From contig CAXSDZ010000045.1 in assembly GCA_964235505.1 (NCBI GenBank), positions 1 through 21,170 of the forward strand: a DNA stretch of 21,170 nucleotides. The letters are read 5' to 3'. A program made the position numbers and the translations under genes. The notes beneath the pieces were generated by a model that had not been told where the DNA came from, searched no databases, and worked only from the letters and a program-made list of their open reading frames with translations. Position 1 is the first letter of the stretch, and the number at the start of each line of letters is the position of its first letter. This document shows positions 1-8,352 of the stretch, in pieces. This DNA is from an uncultured Chthoniobacteraceae bacterium (GTDB lineage: Bacteria; Verrucomicrobiota; Verrucomicrobiia; Chthoniobacterales; Chthoniobacteraceae).

Positions 1-868
1 CCCGCGACCGCGCGCAGCAGTCCTGCCCCGTGTTGTCGAAGACCGACATCGGCGCGCTGTCCGCCGCCTTTTCCCAATCCGAATCAGCGAAGACAATGTT
101 CGGTGATTTGCCGCCGAGCTCCAGCGACACGCGCTTGAAATCGTCCGCCGCAAGCCGCATCACGCGACGTCCCACTTCCGTCGAGCCGGTGAAGGAAACC
201 TTCCGAACCAGCGGGTGCATGACGAGCGCATCGCCCATCGCGCCGCCGGTGCCGCACAGCACTTGCAGCACTCCCGGCGGCAGCCCCGCCTCCAGTGCCA
301 AACGACCCAGCGCGAGCGCCCCGAGCGGGGAAGGCGCGGCCGGCTTCAGCAGCACGCAATTGCCCATAGCCAGCGCAGGCGCAGCTTTCCAGCACGCGAT
401 GGCGAGGGGAAAATTCCACGGCACGATGCAGGCGACCACGCCAAGCGGCTGGCGCAGCGTAAAATCGAAGCCGCCGCGTGCGACTGGGATCACCGTGCCG
501 AGCGGCGCGCAGGAGAGCGCGCCCGCATAGAAGCGGAACGTGCGCGCACCTGCCACTGTCTCACCGCGCGCGGCAGCAATTGGCTTGCCCGTGGCGCGCG
601 AATCCAGAGCGCCGAGCTCGGCCGCGTGCGACTCCAACAGCGCGGAAAACTTGAAAAGCAAATCCGCCCGCGCGCCCGGTGCGAGATCGCGCCAGCCACC
701 TTCCCATGCAGCCTGCGCACCGCGTGCCGCAGCGTCCACATCCGCAGGCGCCGCATCGTGGACGGAATGAAAGGCGGCTTCCGTCGCAGGGTTGACCAGC
801 TCGCGCGGCGCGCCATTCGCGCCGAAAAATCGGCCGTCGATGAAGGAGGAACGAAGCTGATCGAGCAT
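1..868 (-). CDS. NAD(P)-dependent aldehyde dehydrogenase; 5' part only, 3' end runs off the window start
   Basis: The minus-strand frame starting at the ATG (reverse complement of cat at 866-868) reads MLDQLRSSFIDGRFFGANGAPRELVNPATEAAFHSVHDAAPADVDAA. The same frame further on gives VVACIVPWNFPLAIACWKAAPALAMGNC and VSFTGSTEVGRRVMRLAADDFKRVSLELGGKSPNIVFADS. These match the ALDH-family WNFP, KxAPALAxGN and ELGGKSP motifs. The ORF is absent from the six-frame track because it has no stop inside the window. Confidence 0.85.
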   Translation of the reverse strand, partial: MLDQLRSSFIDGRFFGANGAPRELVNPATEAAFHSVHDAAPADVDAAARGAQAAWEGGWRDLAPGARADLLFKFSALLESHAAELGALDSRATGKPIAAARGETVAGARTFRFYAGALSCAPLGTVIPVARGGFDFTLRQPLGVVACIVPWNFPLAIACWKAAPALAMGNCVLLKPAAPSPLGALALGRLALEAGLPPGVLQVLCGTGGAMGDALVMHPLVRKVSFTGSTEVGRRVMRLAADDFKRVSLELGGKSPNIVFADSDWEKAADSAPMSVFDNTGQDCCARSR

Positions 869-907
869 GACAGTGATGGTATCGTTTCTCTCGCGAGCGG
901 GAGGGTG

Positions 908-1024
908 TTTGAAACGCAGAGACGCAGAGAAGCGGAGGACACGGCCGCGTCCGCCAGCTCGTGCCGCGTCCCGACGCTGCACTCTCTGCGTGCTTCTTCT
1001 TCTCCGCGTCTCTGCGTTTTCAAA
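908..1024. repeat. long imperfect inverted repeat (~25-bp arms, ~58-bp spacer) between the alcohol and aldehyde dehydrogenase genes
   Basis: The arm tttgaaacgcagagacgcagagaag (908-932) matches the reverse complement of cttctccgcgtctctgcgttttcaaa (~999-1024) with one indel and one mismatch. The spacer carries a smaller GC palindrome (ggacacggccgcgtcc). Confidence 0.55.
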
Positions 1025-1074
1025 TCAAACTCACCCACCGGAATCAAATCGCCGCTGCGCAGCCATGCGCAGGC

Positions 1075-2181
1075 TTACAACGCCGCGGCGTAGAGCGCGC
1101 GCAGATCGTCGCGCGTCACCGGCACCGCATTGGTCACGTGGCAGCCATCGAGCACCGCCGCATCGGCCAGCGAATCCAGCGCACTTTCCTCGATGCCGTG
1201 CGCGCGCAAGCCGCCGGAAATGCCGACCTTCGCGAGGAGGGATTCGATCGCGGCGATGACGCTCGCATCCTCCGGCGAATCGAGCCCGAGCGCCACGCCC
1301 ACCCGGCGATACAGCCCCGATTTGCGCGCCGCGTTCCAGCGCATCACCGGGAGGAGGCACAGCGCATTTGCGAGGCCGTGATTCAGCCGGAAGTGCGCGG
1401 ACAGCGGGTGCGAAAGGGAATGCACCGCGCCGAGGTCTTTCTGGAAGGCGATGCCGCCCATCGCCGCCGCGATCATCCCGCGCGCTGCGAGGTCCGCGCC
1501 ATCGGCCACGGCGCGCGGCAGATTCTCGAAGGCAATGCGCGCGCCTTCCAATGCAATGGCATCGCAGAGCGGGTGGAAAGTCGGCGAGGTGAAGGACTCA
1601 ATGCAGTGCGTGAGCGCATCCATGCCGGTCGCAGCGGTGAGCTTCGGCGGCAGCCCGGCGGTGACGCGGGGATCGAGCACGACCAGACACGCGAGCAGCG
1701 CGGGATGGAAAAGGACGCGCTTGGTTTTTCCAAAGGTGACGACCGACGAGCGCCCCACTTCGCTGCCCGTTCCCGCAGTCGTCGGGATCGCGATGAAAGG
1801 CGCGAGCGGACCGGGATCGTCCTGCCATGTCAGCTCGCTCCAGGGCTTGCCGCGCCCCGCCACCGCTGCCCGCGCGATCTTCGCCACATCGAGCGCGCTG
1901 CCGCCGCCAAAGCCAAGGACGCCATCGCACCCGCCGGCGCGAAATGCCTCCGCCGCGGCGAGCACATCGGCTTCCACAGGGTTCGGATGCACGCCCGAAA
2001 ACACCGGCATTTCTGAGCCTACAGCCGCTTGCAAAAGCGCGAAGGCTGGCGTCGGCAGCAGCCCGGCATCGGTGACGATCAACGGCCGCCGCACGCCGGC
2101 ATGCGCGAGCTGCGCGGGCAGCTCCGCGAGCGCGCCGATGCCGTGCAGGGTGGGCGTCGGGAAAGAAAAGGTGGAGATCAT
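1075..2181 (-). CDS. iron-containing (group III) alcohol dehydrogenase
   Basis: A 368-aa ORF whose overall architecture is typical of Fe-ADHs. It contains the GGGS dinucleotide motif (VLGFGGGSALDVAKIA), a PTTAGTGSE segment, and His-rich metal-binding segments (HCIESF..., HSLSHPLSAHF...HG). Confidence 0.85.
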   Translation of the reverse strand: MISTFSFPTPTLHGIGALAELPAQLAHAGVRRPLIVTDAGLLPTPAFALLQAAVGSEMPVFSGVHPNPVEADVLAAAEAFRAGGCDGVLGFGGGSALDVAKIARAAVAGRGKPWSELTWQDDPGPLAPFIAIPTTAGTGSEVGRSSVVTFGKTKRVLFHPALLACLVVLDPRVTAGLPPKLTAATGMDALTHCIESFTSPTFHPLCDAIALEGARIAFENLPRAVADGADLAARGMIAAAMGGIAFQKDLGAVHSLSHPLSAHFRLNHGLANALCLLPVMRWNAARKSGLYRRVGVALGLDSPEDASVIAAIESLLAKVGISGGLRAHGIEESALDSLADAAVLDGCHVTNAVPVTRDDLRALYAAAL

Positions 2182-2224
2182 GCCACCAAGGGAACGCGGC
2201 GCACCGGCTTGCCGCGCGCAGCAG

Positions 2225-2950
2225 TCACCCGCCGAGCACCCAGGTCACCGCGCCATCCGTCGGCCGCACGCGCGAGGCCGGGTGGCGCGCGTCGCCGCGG
2301 AGCACTTCCTGGATCACGGTTTCCTTCGACGCATCATTGACGAGAAAGCAGACGTGCCGCGCTGCATTCAGGAGCGGAAAGGTGAACGTGATGCGCTGCG
2401 GCGGCGGCTTGGGACCAGTGGTGGAGATCACATCGCGCGCCACTTCTTCGAGCGCGGGCGAGCCGGGAAACAACGAGGCGGTGTGGCCGTCTTCACCGAG
2501 CCCGAGCAGCAGCAGATCGTGGCGGTAGCGCTCTTCACCGAAGCGTCCGGCGAGCGCGCGCAGCTTTCCCTCGCACTCGAGGGCGGCAGTTTCTGGATCG
2601 ATCTCGCCGCGGATGCGAAACACATTCCCCGCTGGGATCGCGGCGGGTTCGAGCAGGCTTTCGCGCGCCATGCGGAAGTTGCTCTGCGCATCGTCCGGCG
2701 GCACGCAGCGCTCATCGCCGAAAGTGATCTGCACCTTGTCCCACGCGAGGTCGCCGGCCTGCCGCACCATCTCCGCATGCACTGCGCGAGGCGTGTTTCC
2801 ACCGGATATAGCGAGGCGGAAAAGCCCGCGCTCGGCGATGGCCGCACGCGCTTGGTCGAGGATGAACGCCGCGGCATCCGCGGCGAAGTTTTGCGTGCGC
2901 AAGAGGCGCGGCGAAGGAGGCGTGGTCACAGGAGCTTGATCAGTTTGCAT
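2225..2950 (-). CDS. pgl: 6-phosphogluconolactonase
   Basis: A 241-aa ORF with the ISGGNTP, FGDERCVPPDD and LLLGLGEDGHTASLFPGS motifs that define the Pgl/DevB family (NagB superfamily). The N-terminal ~20 aa are Pro-rich, so the true start may be an internal non-ATG codon. Confidence 0.8.
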   Translation of the reverse strand: MQTDQAPVTTPPSPRLLRTQNFAADAAAFILDQARAAIAERGLFRLAISGGNTPRAVHAEMVRQAGDLAWDKVQITFGDERCVPPDDAQSNFRMARESLLEPAAIPAGNVFRIRGEIDPETAALECEGKLRALAGRFGEERYRHDLLLLGLGEDGHTASLFPGSPALEEVARDVISTTGPKPPPQRITFTFPLLNAARHVCFLVNDASKETVIQEVLRGDARHPASRVRPTDGAVTWVLGG

Positions 2951-3402
2951 GGCAAAGAGAATTCCAGCCGCGCGGTGCCGGCGCGGAATACATCCAGCGC
3001 GAGCAGTGTCAGCGAGGCTTTGCGCACGTGCATCTGCGTGGCGCTCGGCAGCCCGAGCAGATGCGCGATGAGCAGCGAGAAATCCGGCTCATGACCGACG
3101 ATCATCACGCCCGGCAGCGCGCGGTGCGACTTCAGCTCCTCGAGCGCAGCCTCCGGGTGCATGCCCGCCGCAAGCCAAGGCTCGACGCGCAACTCCGCGC
3201 CCAGCGCCTCTGCCACCGGCTGCGCCGTTTCCTGCGCGCGCAGCAGTGGGCTGGAAAGAATCAGCGGCACGGTGACGCCATTTGCCCAGCAAAATCGCGC
3301 GACGTGGCGCGCCTGCTCGACTCCCTTTTCAGAAAGCCGCCGCTCGTCATCGGTGACGGCAGGGGTGTCGGCGTCGGCATGGCGGAGGAGATAGAGGAGC
3401 AT
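2926..3402 (-). CDS. sixA: histidine phosphatase family protein, SixA-like phosphohistidine phosphatase
   Basis: A 158-aa ORF with LLRHADA...SEKG (the RHG-type catalytic motif), SSPLLRAQETA, an HEP segment, and a C-terminal SLPCKLIKLL that resembles the E. coli SixA SPCNLKMAK. Its 3' end overlaps the pgl start by 25 nt. Confidence 0.65.
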   Translation of the reverse strand: MLLYLLRHADADTPAVTDDERRLSEKGVEQARHVARFCWANGVTVPLILSSPLLRAQETAQPVAEALGAELRVEPWLAAGMHPEAALEELKSHRALPGVMIVGHEPDFSLLIAHLLGLPSATQMHVRKASLTLLALDVFRAGTARLEFSLPCKLIKLL

Positions 3403-3414
3403 CGTCGTGTTTTT

Positions 3415-3603
3415 CTACACCGGACGTTTGAAAAGCAGCACGATTTCGTTGCTTCGTCCTTCGCCTATAGTCGTCCCGAGCGTCGCAACGAGTTCCCAGC
3501 CTTCTGCACCCAGCGCGTTCATTTCGCTGATCAATCGCCCGTCGTTGATCTCACCAAGCCAGAAGCTGGTGCCGACTTTCATGGAGAAGTATTCCCAGCG
3601 CAT
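3415..3603 (-). CDS. DUF4177 domain-containing small protein (62 aa)
   Basis: Only the C-terminal 62 codons of track ORF 3415..4041 are coding: MRWEYFSMKVGTSFWLGEINDGRLISEMNALGAEGWELVATLGTTIGEGRSNEIVLLFKRPV. This matches the DUF4177 pattern (MKWEY..., GxEGWELV, FKRP). The start ATG at 3603 lies 11 nt downstream of the fabG stop. Confidence 0.6.
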   Translation of the reverse strand: MRWEYFSMKVGTSFWLGEINDGRLISEMNALGAEGWELVATLGTTIGEGRSNEIVLLFKRPV

Positions 3604-3614
3604 TGCCGTATGCC

Positions 3615-4358
3615 TCACATCACCATCCCGCCATCCACCGTGAGGCACTGGCCGGTGATGTATTGCGCCTCGCTGCTGGCGAGAAAGGCGACCGCCGCGG
3701 CGATGTCGGCGACGTCGCCGAACTTTGCCATCGGGATCTGCGCGACCACTCCGGTTTTCACCGCGTCCGGCAGCACGTCCGTCATGTCCGTCGCGATGAA
3801 GCCGGGCGCCACGGCGTTGCAGGTGATGCCGCGGCTGGCCAGCTCGCGGGCGATGGTTTTGGTGAGTCCGATCAAGCCTGCCTTGGACGCGGCGTAGTTC
3901 GCCTGGCCGGGATTTCCCACGAGCCCGGCGACGGAGGCGATGTTGATGATGCGCCCCGACCGCTGCTTGATCATCGGCCGCTCGACCGCCTGGGTGAAGG
4001 AAAACGCGCCCTTCAAATTCGTGTCCAGCACCACGTCCCAATCGTTCTCGCTCATGCGCATGGAAAGGCCGTCGCGCGTGAGGCCCGCGTTGTTCACGAG
4101 GATGTCGATGCGCGAAAAGTCGCCGAGGATTTGCTCCGCGAGCGTCTTCACCGCGGCGTGGTTCGCCACGTCCACGGCGTAGGGTTTGGAAAGGCCGGCG
4201 TATTGCGCGTTGATCTCGTCGGAAGTGCGGGCGGCGTTTTGCTCCGTGCGCGACACGACCGCGACGCGCGCGCCCTCCCCCGCGAGCCGCAGGGCGATGG
4301 CGTGGCCGATGCCGCGGCCCGCGCCGGTGACGATGGCGACTTGATTGGCAAATCTCAT
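3615..4358 (-). CDS. fabG: 3-oxoacyl-[acyl-carrier-protein] reductase FabG (short-chain dehydrogenase/reductase family)
   Basis: Internal start MRFANQVAIVTGAGRGIG, 32 codons inside track ORF 3615..4454, giving 247 aa. The protein aligns closely end-to-end with E. coli FabG: TGASRGIG, DILVNNAGITRD, NLKGAF, GQANYAASKAG, ITCNAVAPGFIATDMT, YITGQCLTVDGGM. The sequence atttttttg ATG lies just upstream. Confidence 0.8.
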   Translation of the reverse strand: MRFANQVAIVTGAGRGIGHAIALRLAGEGARVAVVSRTEQNAARTSDEINAQYAGLSKPYAVDVANHAAVKTLAEQILGDFSRIDILVNNAGLTRDGLSMRMSENDWDVVLDTNLKGAFSFTQAVERPMIKQRSGRIINIASVAGLVGNPGQANYAASKAGLIGLTKTIARELASRGITCNAVAPGFIATDMTDVLPDAVKTGVVAQIPMAKFGDVADIAAAVAFLASSEAQYITGQCLTVDGGMVM

Positions 4359-4428
4359 ATTTTTTTGAAGCCGCGGAGTCTTCCGAGCGCCGCGCCCGGT
4401 GCCAAGTGCGAATGCGGCGGAGGGCGCG

Positions 4429-7089
4429 TCACGCTTCGCCCGCAGCAGCAGCATGCACCCCGTCGAGCAGCTCGCGCACTTGCGCCAGCAGCGCGTCGGC
4501 GGTGTAGGGCTTCGTGAGGAACCGCGTCGGAGCGCTGCTTTCGCGCACCGCGGGCAGCGCGCCCGCGGTGTAGCCCGAGCAAAAGAGGATCGGCACGGGC
4601 GCGCAGGAGCGGAGTTGCTCGGCGGCTTCGCGCCCGCCCATCCGCGGCATCAGCACATCGAGGATCACGAGCGCGATCCGATCCGCATGGGCTTTGAAAA
4701 CCTCGCACCCTTCCGCGCCATCGCTCGCCGTCAGCACCGCGTAGCCCGCACCTTCGAGGATGCGCTGGGCCAGGGTGCGCACGATGGCCTCATCCTCCAC
4801 CAGCAGCAGCGTCTCGCTGCCGCGCGCGGCAGCCGTTTCTTCCGGCGCAACCGGCGAGAGCGCCGCCGCGGATTTCTCCGCCGCTGGGAGGTAGATGGTG
4901 AAGGTCGTGCCTTCGCCCGGCTGGCTCTCGGCATCGATCGTGCCGCCGTGCTGGCCCACGATGGAATACACCACCGCGAGGCCGAGCCCGGTGCCGCGGC
5001 CTGGTGCTTTGGTGGTAAAGAACGGCTCGTAAATGCGCGCGAGCGTCGCGGGGTCCATGCCGCAGCCAGTATCCGCCACGGTGAGCTGCACCTGGCTGGC
5101 CGTGCACGCCTGCGGATGCCGTCCGCGCAGCGCTTCATCCGCCGCGAGCTCGCGCAGCGTGATCCGCAGCCGCCCGCCTGCGGCCATGGCATCGCGCGCG
5201 TTCAGGCAGAGATTCAGCAGCACCTGCTCGAGCTGGCTTTTGTCGCCATGCACCGGGCACGGCTGCGCACCCGGCTGGAAGTCGATGGCGATGTGGCTTC
5301 CGAGCACGCGAGCGAGCATCTGGAGCAAGTCCTGCACAACCTGGCTCAGGTCGAGGTTTGCGCGCCGGCCCGGCTCGCTGCGACCGAGCACGAGCAGTTG
5401 CCCGGTGAGCTTTGCGGCGCGGTCGGCCGCTTCCGTGATCTGCTCCAGGCTGTCGCGCACCGGTGCGCTCACCTCCTCCATCAGCGCCAGCCCGGCAAAG
5501 CCGTGGATGATGTGGAGCAGGTTGTTGAAATCGTGCGCGATGCCGCCCGCGAGCAGTCCGATCGCCTCCATCTTTTGGGAAGTGCGCAGTTGCTCCTCCA
5601 GCCGCGCCGCTTTTTCCCGCGCCTGCATCCGGTCGGTGATGTCCCGCGCCACGCCCCGTGTTTTGCGGGGCTGCCCGGCCTCATCGCAAAAGACGTGGCC
5701 GTCCGTGAACATCCAGCGCACCGTGCCGTCCGGCCACACGATGCGAAACTCGAAGTGGTGCGCGCGGCACTGCGCCACGGCATCCGCGATGCCCGTGCGG
5801 ACCCGCTCGCGATCCGCCGGATGGATGCACGCGAGATAGCCATCCAGCGTTCCCCCGAAGCCACCCGGATCGAGACCGAAAAGCGGCTCCAGATTGGGAG
5901 ACCAGCGGACGCTGCCCGAGGCGAGATCGTGCTCCCAAGTGCCCATCCGCGCGGCTTCCAGCGCCATCGTGAGCGAGCGGCGGCTTTCCTCGAGCTCGGC
6001 CGTTCGTTCCGTCACGAGCCCCTGCACCGCCGCGGTCTGGCCGGCGAGACTGCGGAGAAAGCACGTGAGCAGCGCGGTCATGAGCAGCCCGCCGAGGCCG
6101 AGCTCGTAGGGCATCGCGGAGGTCTGCGCCGCGAGCCAGTGCGGCGACGGCCGCATGAGCAGCGCCCAGCGCCGCCCGGCGGCCGAGACTTCCACCACCT
6201 CGTGCAGCGATCGCCGGACTTCCGCTTCCGTCGGACTCCGCTCGCCCGCGGCGAGTGGCCGCGAAGAGTGAACGTGCAGGATGCGGTGCGCCGCATCAGG
6301 CGTTTCATCCACCACGAGGATATCCACGCAAGTCTCGGCGCGCCCTGTCCACACCGCGCCGAGCATGTCCGGCAGCCGGAAAACGCCTTGCACGTAGCCG
6401 CGCGGATCGCCGTCGGATTTCGTCACGTCAGCCCCGCGCGGCACCGCGCAGGCGAGCACCCAGCCGAGCTGGCCCATCGTCTCCTGCGCGAGCACCAGCG
6501 GCGGCGAGCCGCGGACTTCACCCGTGTCGCGCGCCTCCGCCAGAGCCCCGCGCGTGCGCGCCAGCGCCACGTCGTAGCCGAGCACGCTGGCATTGCCGGG
6601 CTGCGGCTCCACGAAGAGCAGCGGCAGATATTCCGTCCGCTCCGCCGCGCGCACGAAGCTCCCATCCTCCGTGCGATCCTTGACCTCAAAGCCCGCGAGC
6701 CCTTCCACCCGCGCGCGCTCCTCGCAGGCGGCACGCTCCGCGGCGGAAACGCGCGGCACCCACTCCAGGGCCTGGATGCCCGGCGTGCGCGCGACTTGAT
6801 CGAGCACCACGCTGCGGAATTCCGCGCGGGTCACCTCCTCCGAATGCATGAAAAAGGAGCGCAGGGTGAGCAGCAGTTCCGTGTAGCGATGTAGCCGCTC
6901 GGAAAAGACGGCCTGCAACGCACCGGCACGATTCAGAAAGGCGAGCCGGATGCGCTCCTGCTCTCGGTGCTGCGCAAAAAGGAAGAGCGCGATCGACACG
7001 GCGACCCCCACGAGGACGACGCCCGCAATTGCCCCGGAGCGCCGCCGCGTCTCACCAGATGAGGATTTGCTGGAAGCAGACGACTCCAT
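4429..7089 (-). CDS. hybrid sensor histidine kinase/response regulator with periplasmic CHASE domain (TM-CHASE-TM-PAS-HisKA-HATPase_c-REC)
   Basis: An 887-aa ORF. The track start is GTG at 7092 and an ATG lies one codon later at 7089. Domains in order: N-terminal TM helix ([20 protein letters not shown]), a CHASE-like periplasmic domain (...ALEWVPRV...ERAACEE...[11 protein letters not shown]...[22 protein letters not shown]...), a second TM helix, a PAS domain ([15 protein letters not shown]...[15 protein letters not shown]), the H-box [13 protein letters not shown], the G-boxes ([16 protein letters not shown]), and a C-terminal receiver ([11 protein letters not shown]...[11 protein letters not shown]...PILFCSGY). 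Confidence 0.85.
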   Translation of the reverse strand: MESSASSKSSSGETRRRSGAIAGVVLVGVAVSIALFLFAQHREQERIRLAFLNRAGALQAVFSERLHRYTELLLTLRSFFMHSEEVTRAEFRSVVLDQVARTPGIQALEWVPRVSAAERAACEERARVEGLAGFEVKDRTEDGSFVRAAERTEYLPLLFVEPQPGNASVLGYDVALARTRGALAEARDTGEVRGSPPLVLAQETMGQLGWVLACAVPRGADVTKSDGDPRGYVQGVFRLPDMLGAVWTGRAETCVDILVVDETPDAAHRILHVHSSRPLAAGERSPTEAEVRRSLHEVVEVSAAGRRWALLMRPSPHWLAAQTSAMPYELGLGGLLMTALLTCFLRSLAGQTAAVQGLVTERTAELEESRRSLTMALEAARMGTWEHDLASGSVRWSPNLEPLFGLDPGGFGGTLDGYLACIHPADRERVRTGIADAVAQCRAHHFEFRIVWPDGTVRWMFTDGHVFCDEAGQPRKTRGVARDITDRMQAREKAARLEEQLRTSQKMEAIGLLAGGIAHDFNNLLHIIHGFAGLALMEEVSAPVRDSLEQITEAADRAAKLTGQLLVLGRSEPGRRANLDLSQVVQDLLQMLARVLGSHIAIDFQPGAQPCPVHGDKSQLEQVLLNLCLNARDAMAAGGRLRITLRELAADEALRGRHPQACTASQVQLTVADTGCGMDPATLARIYEPFFTTKAPGRGTGLGLAVVYSIVGQHGGTIDAESQPGEGTTFTIYLPAAEKSAAALSPVAPEETAAARGSETLLLVEDEAIVRTLAQRILEGAGYAVLTASDGAEGCEVFKAHADRIALVILDVLMPRMGGREAAEQLRSCAPVPILFCSGYTAGALPAVRESSAPTRFLTKPYTADALLAQVRELLDGVHAAAAGEA

Positions 7090-8321
7090 CACAATGCCGA
7101 GCGACGACGCGACGCTGGTGGAGACAGCGGCGCGCGGCGAGCAAAAAACGGCAGGCCGTGCGACGGCTCATTTCCAGGCTCGGCGCAGCAAATCCCCTCG
7201 ATTTCCGCCGCGGAAAAGCCGCGCGCCGCGAGCAGCGCGGGGAGCTTTTGCAGGTCCGCGATCGTGTCGAGATCCTGCGGCGTTTGCTCCGTGCCGAAGC
7301 AGCCGTCGAGGTCGCTGCCGATGCCGGCGTGCCGCGCATTTCCCGCGAGCTGGCAGATGTGATCGAGGTGATCGACGAAATGCTCTAGCCGCACGCCGCT
7401 CCCTTGTGGCGTCGTCTTCCCACGCTCCCAGCCGGGCACCAGCATCCACGCATCCAGCGCGCAGCCGATGACCGCGCCGCGGGCGATCAGCTCGCGCAAC
7501 TGCTCATCGCTGAACTGCCGCACGTGCGGCGCCAGCGCGCGGCAGTTTTGGTGGCTCGCCCAGACCGGGCCGCGGAAAAGATCGAGCGCTTCCCAAAAGC
7601 ACGGATCGCAGAGGTGCGTCGCATCGAGGATCAGCCCGAGCTTTTCGGCTTCGCGCAAGAGCTCGCGTCCGCGCTCAGGCAGTGCGCCGTCGGAGTCCGT
7701 GCCAAAGGCATACACACCCGGGCCGTAGTGCGCCGGGCCGATCGCGCGCAAGCCATCCGCAAACGCGCGTTCAAGATGCTGCGGGGAAAGGAGCGAGTCG
7801 GCGCCTTCGAGCGAGAGGATGCAGCCGATCGGCAGCCGCTCCCGCTGCTCCCGCTGCTCTTCGTCTCTTTCTTCATCCTCATCCTTTTCTCCGCTAGCGG
7901 GTGATCCGGCGGAAAAGGATGAGGATGAAGAAAGAGACGAAGATTCTGCGGAACGCGGACGCCACCGCGCGAGATGCGCCTCCAGCTCCGCACGGTCACG
8001 GATCGGTGCCATCTCGCCGAGTTCCTCCATCGTGCGATACCACGCGCGCTGGCCCTGCGTCATCGCCCACGCCTGCGCCTGCGAGCGCCAGCCCGCGATC
8101 GGCGAGTAGGCGTTGTGCTCCACCCGCGCGAGCAGCGTCGCCACGCAAAGCCCGACGCCGCCGTGTCGCATCTCCGGCAGTGCCACTGTGCCGCGACCGC
8201 GATCCGGCTTGTCGCGCATCCCCTGCTCGCGCCGACGCAGCTCTGGAACCGGCTGCGTGAGATCGCGGTTCCACTCGATCGCATTCATCGCAAGATCGAG
8301 GTGGGCGTCGAAGAAGCGCAT
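7089..8321 (-). CDS. membrane dipeptidase, peptidase family M19; carries an internal low-complexity insertion and a probably frameshifted 3' end
   Basis: Start MRFFDAHLDLAMNAIEWNRDL (M19 N-terminal D-x-H-x-D metal site), 62 codons inside track ORF 7089..8507. The upstream 62 codons lie over a palindromic repeat and are not coding. Other M19 motifs are present: DATHL, VWASHQNCRAL, HLDHICQLAG and IGSDLDG. The stop TGA overlaps the kinase ATG (TGATG). See findings for the in-frame palindrome at 7858-7943 and the G4-run frameshift near 7194-7197. Confidence 0.75.
   Translation of the reverse strand: MRFFDAHLDLAMNAIEWNRDLTQPVPELRRREQGMRDKPDRGRGTVALPEMRHGGVGLCVATLLARVEHNAYSPIAGWRSQAQAWAMTQGQRAWYRTMEELGEMAPIRDRAELEAHLARWRPRSAESSSLSSSSSFSAGSPASGEKDEDEERDEEQREQRERLPIGCILSLEGADSLLSPQHLERAFADGLRAIGPAHYGPGVYAFGTDSDGALPERGRELLREAEKLGLILDATHLCDPCFWEALDLFRGPVWASHQNCRALAPHVRQFSDEQLRELIARGAVIGCALDAWMLVPGWERGKTTPQGSGVRLEHFVDHLDHICQLAGNARHAGIGSDLDGCFGTEQTPQDLDTIADLQKLPALLAARGFSAAEIEGICCAEPGNEPSHGLPFFARRAPLSPPASRRRSAL
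7858..7943. repeat. in-frame palindromic insertion inside the M19 dipeptidase CDS (31-bp perfect arms, 24-nt centre)
   Basis: tcttcgtctctttcttcatcctcatcctttt (7858-7888) and aaaaggatgaggatgaagaaagagacgaaga (7913-7943) are exact reverse complements. A further ccgc/gcgg pairs after a 2-nt bulge. Both arms are translated on the minus strand as ...SSSLSSSSSFSAGSPASGEKDEDEERDEE.... The element is preceded by a cccgctgct x2 direct repeat. Confidence 0.7.
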
Positions 8322-8352
8322 GGGAATCGGGGGGAGCGTGGGAAGGCGAAAT

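Noticed and set aside
30-2016. Plus-strand track ORFs 30..530, 215..1093, 867..1259 and 961..2016.
   Set aside because: They are Arg/Ala/Pro-rich low-complexity translations lying antisense or out of frame to the clearly recognisable aldehyde dehydrogenase and Fe-alcohol dehydrogenase genes on the minus strand. This is the usual open-antisense-frame artefact of GC-rich DNA.
1451-3094. The 547-aa plus-strand ORF.
   Set aside because: It is antisense to the alcohol dehydrogenase, pgl and sixA genes. Its composition is dominated by Ala/Arg/Ser/Pro and it has no recognisable motifs.
3415-4041. The full 208-aa minus-strand ORF.
   Set aside because: Only its last 62 codons (DUF4177) look like protein. 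The upstream part is Arg/Gly/His-rich and overlaps the fabG coding region out of frame.
4411-4425. A 13-mer atgcggcggaggg shared between the gap after the kinase (4413-4425) and the terminator stem at 11798-11810.
   Set aside because: A single 13-nt GC-rich match in 21 kb (both strands) is expected by chance, and there is no extended similarity around it.
4359-4428. A hairpin gaagccgcggagtcttc next to a T/A run between the kinase stop and the fabG start, considered as a terminator.
   Set aside because: On the minus-strand RNA the run is A-rich and follows the stem, and on the plus strand the U-run precedes it. Neither orientation gives stem-then-U, so it is more likely just the A-rich translation-initiation region of fabG.
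4399-6894. The 831-aa plus-strand ORF.
   Set aside because: It is antisense to the CHASE hybrid kinase, which has unmistakable H-, N- and G-boxes and a receiver domain. The plus-strand product is Arg/His/Ala-rich with no domains.
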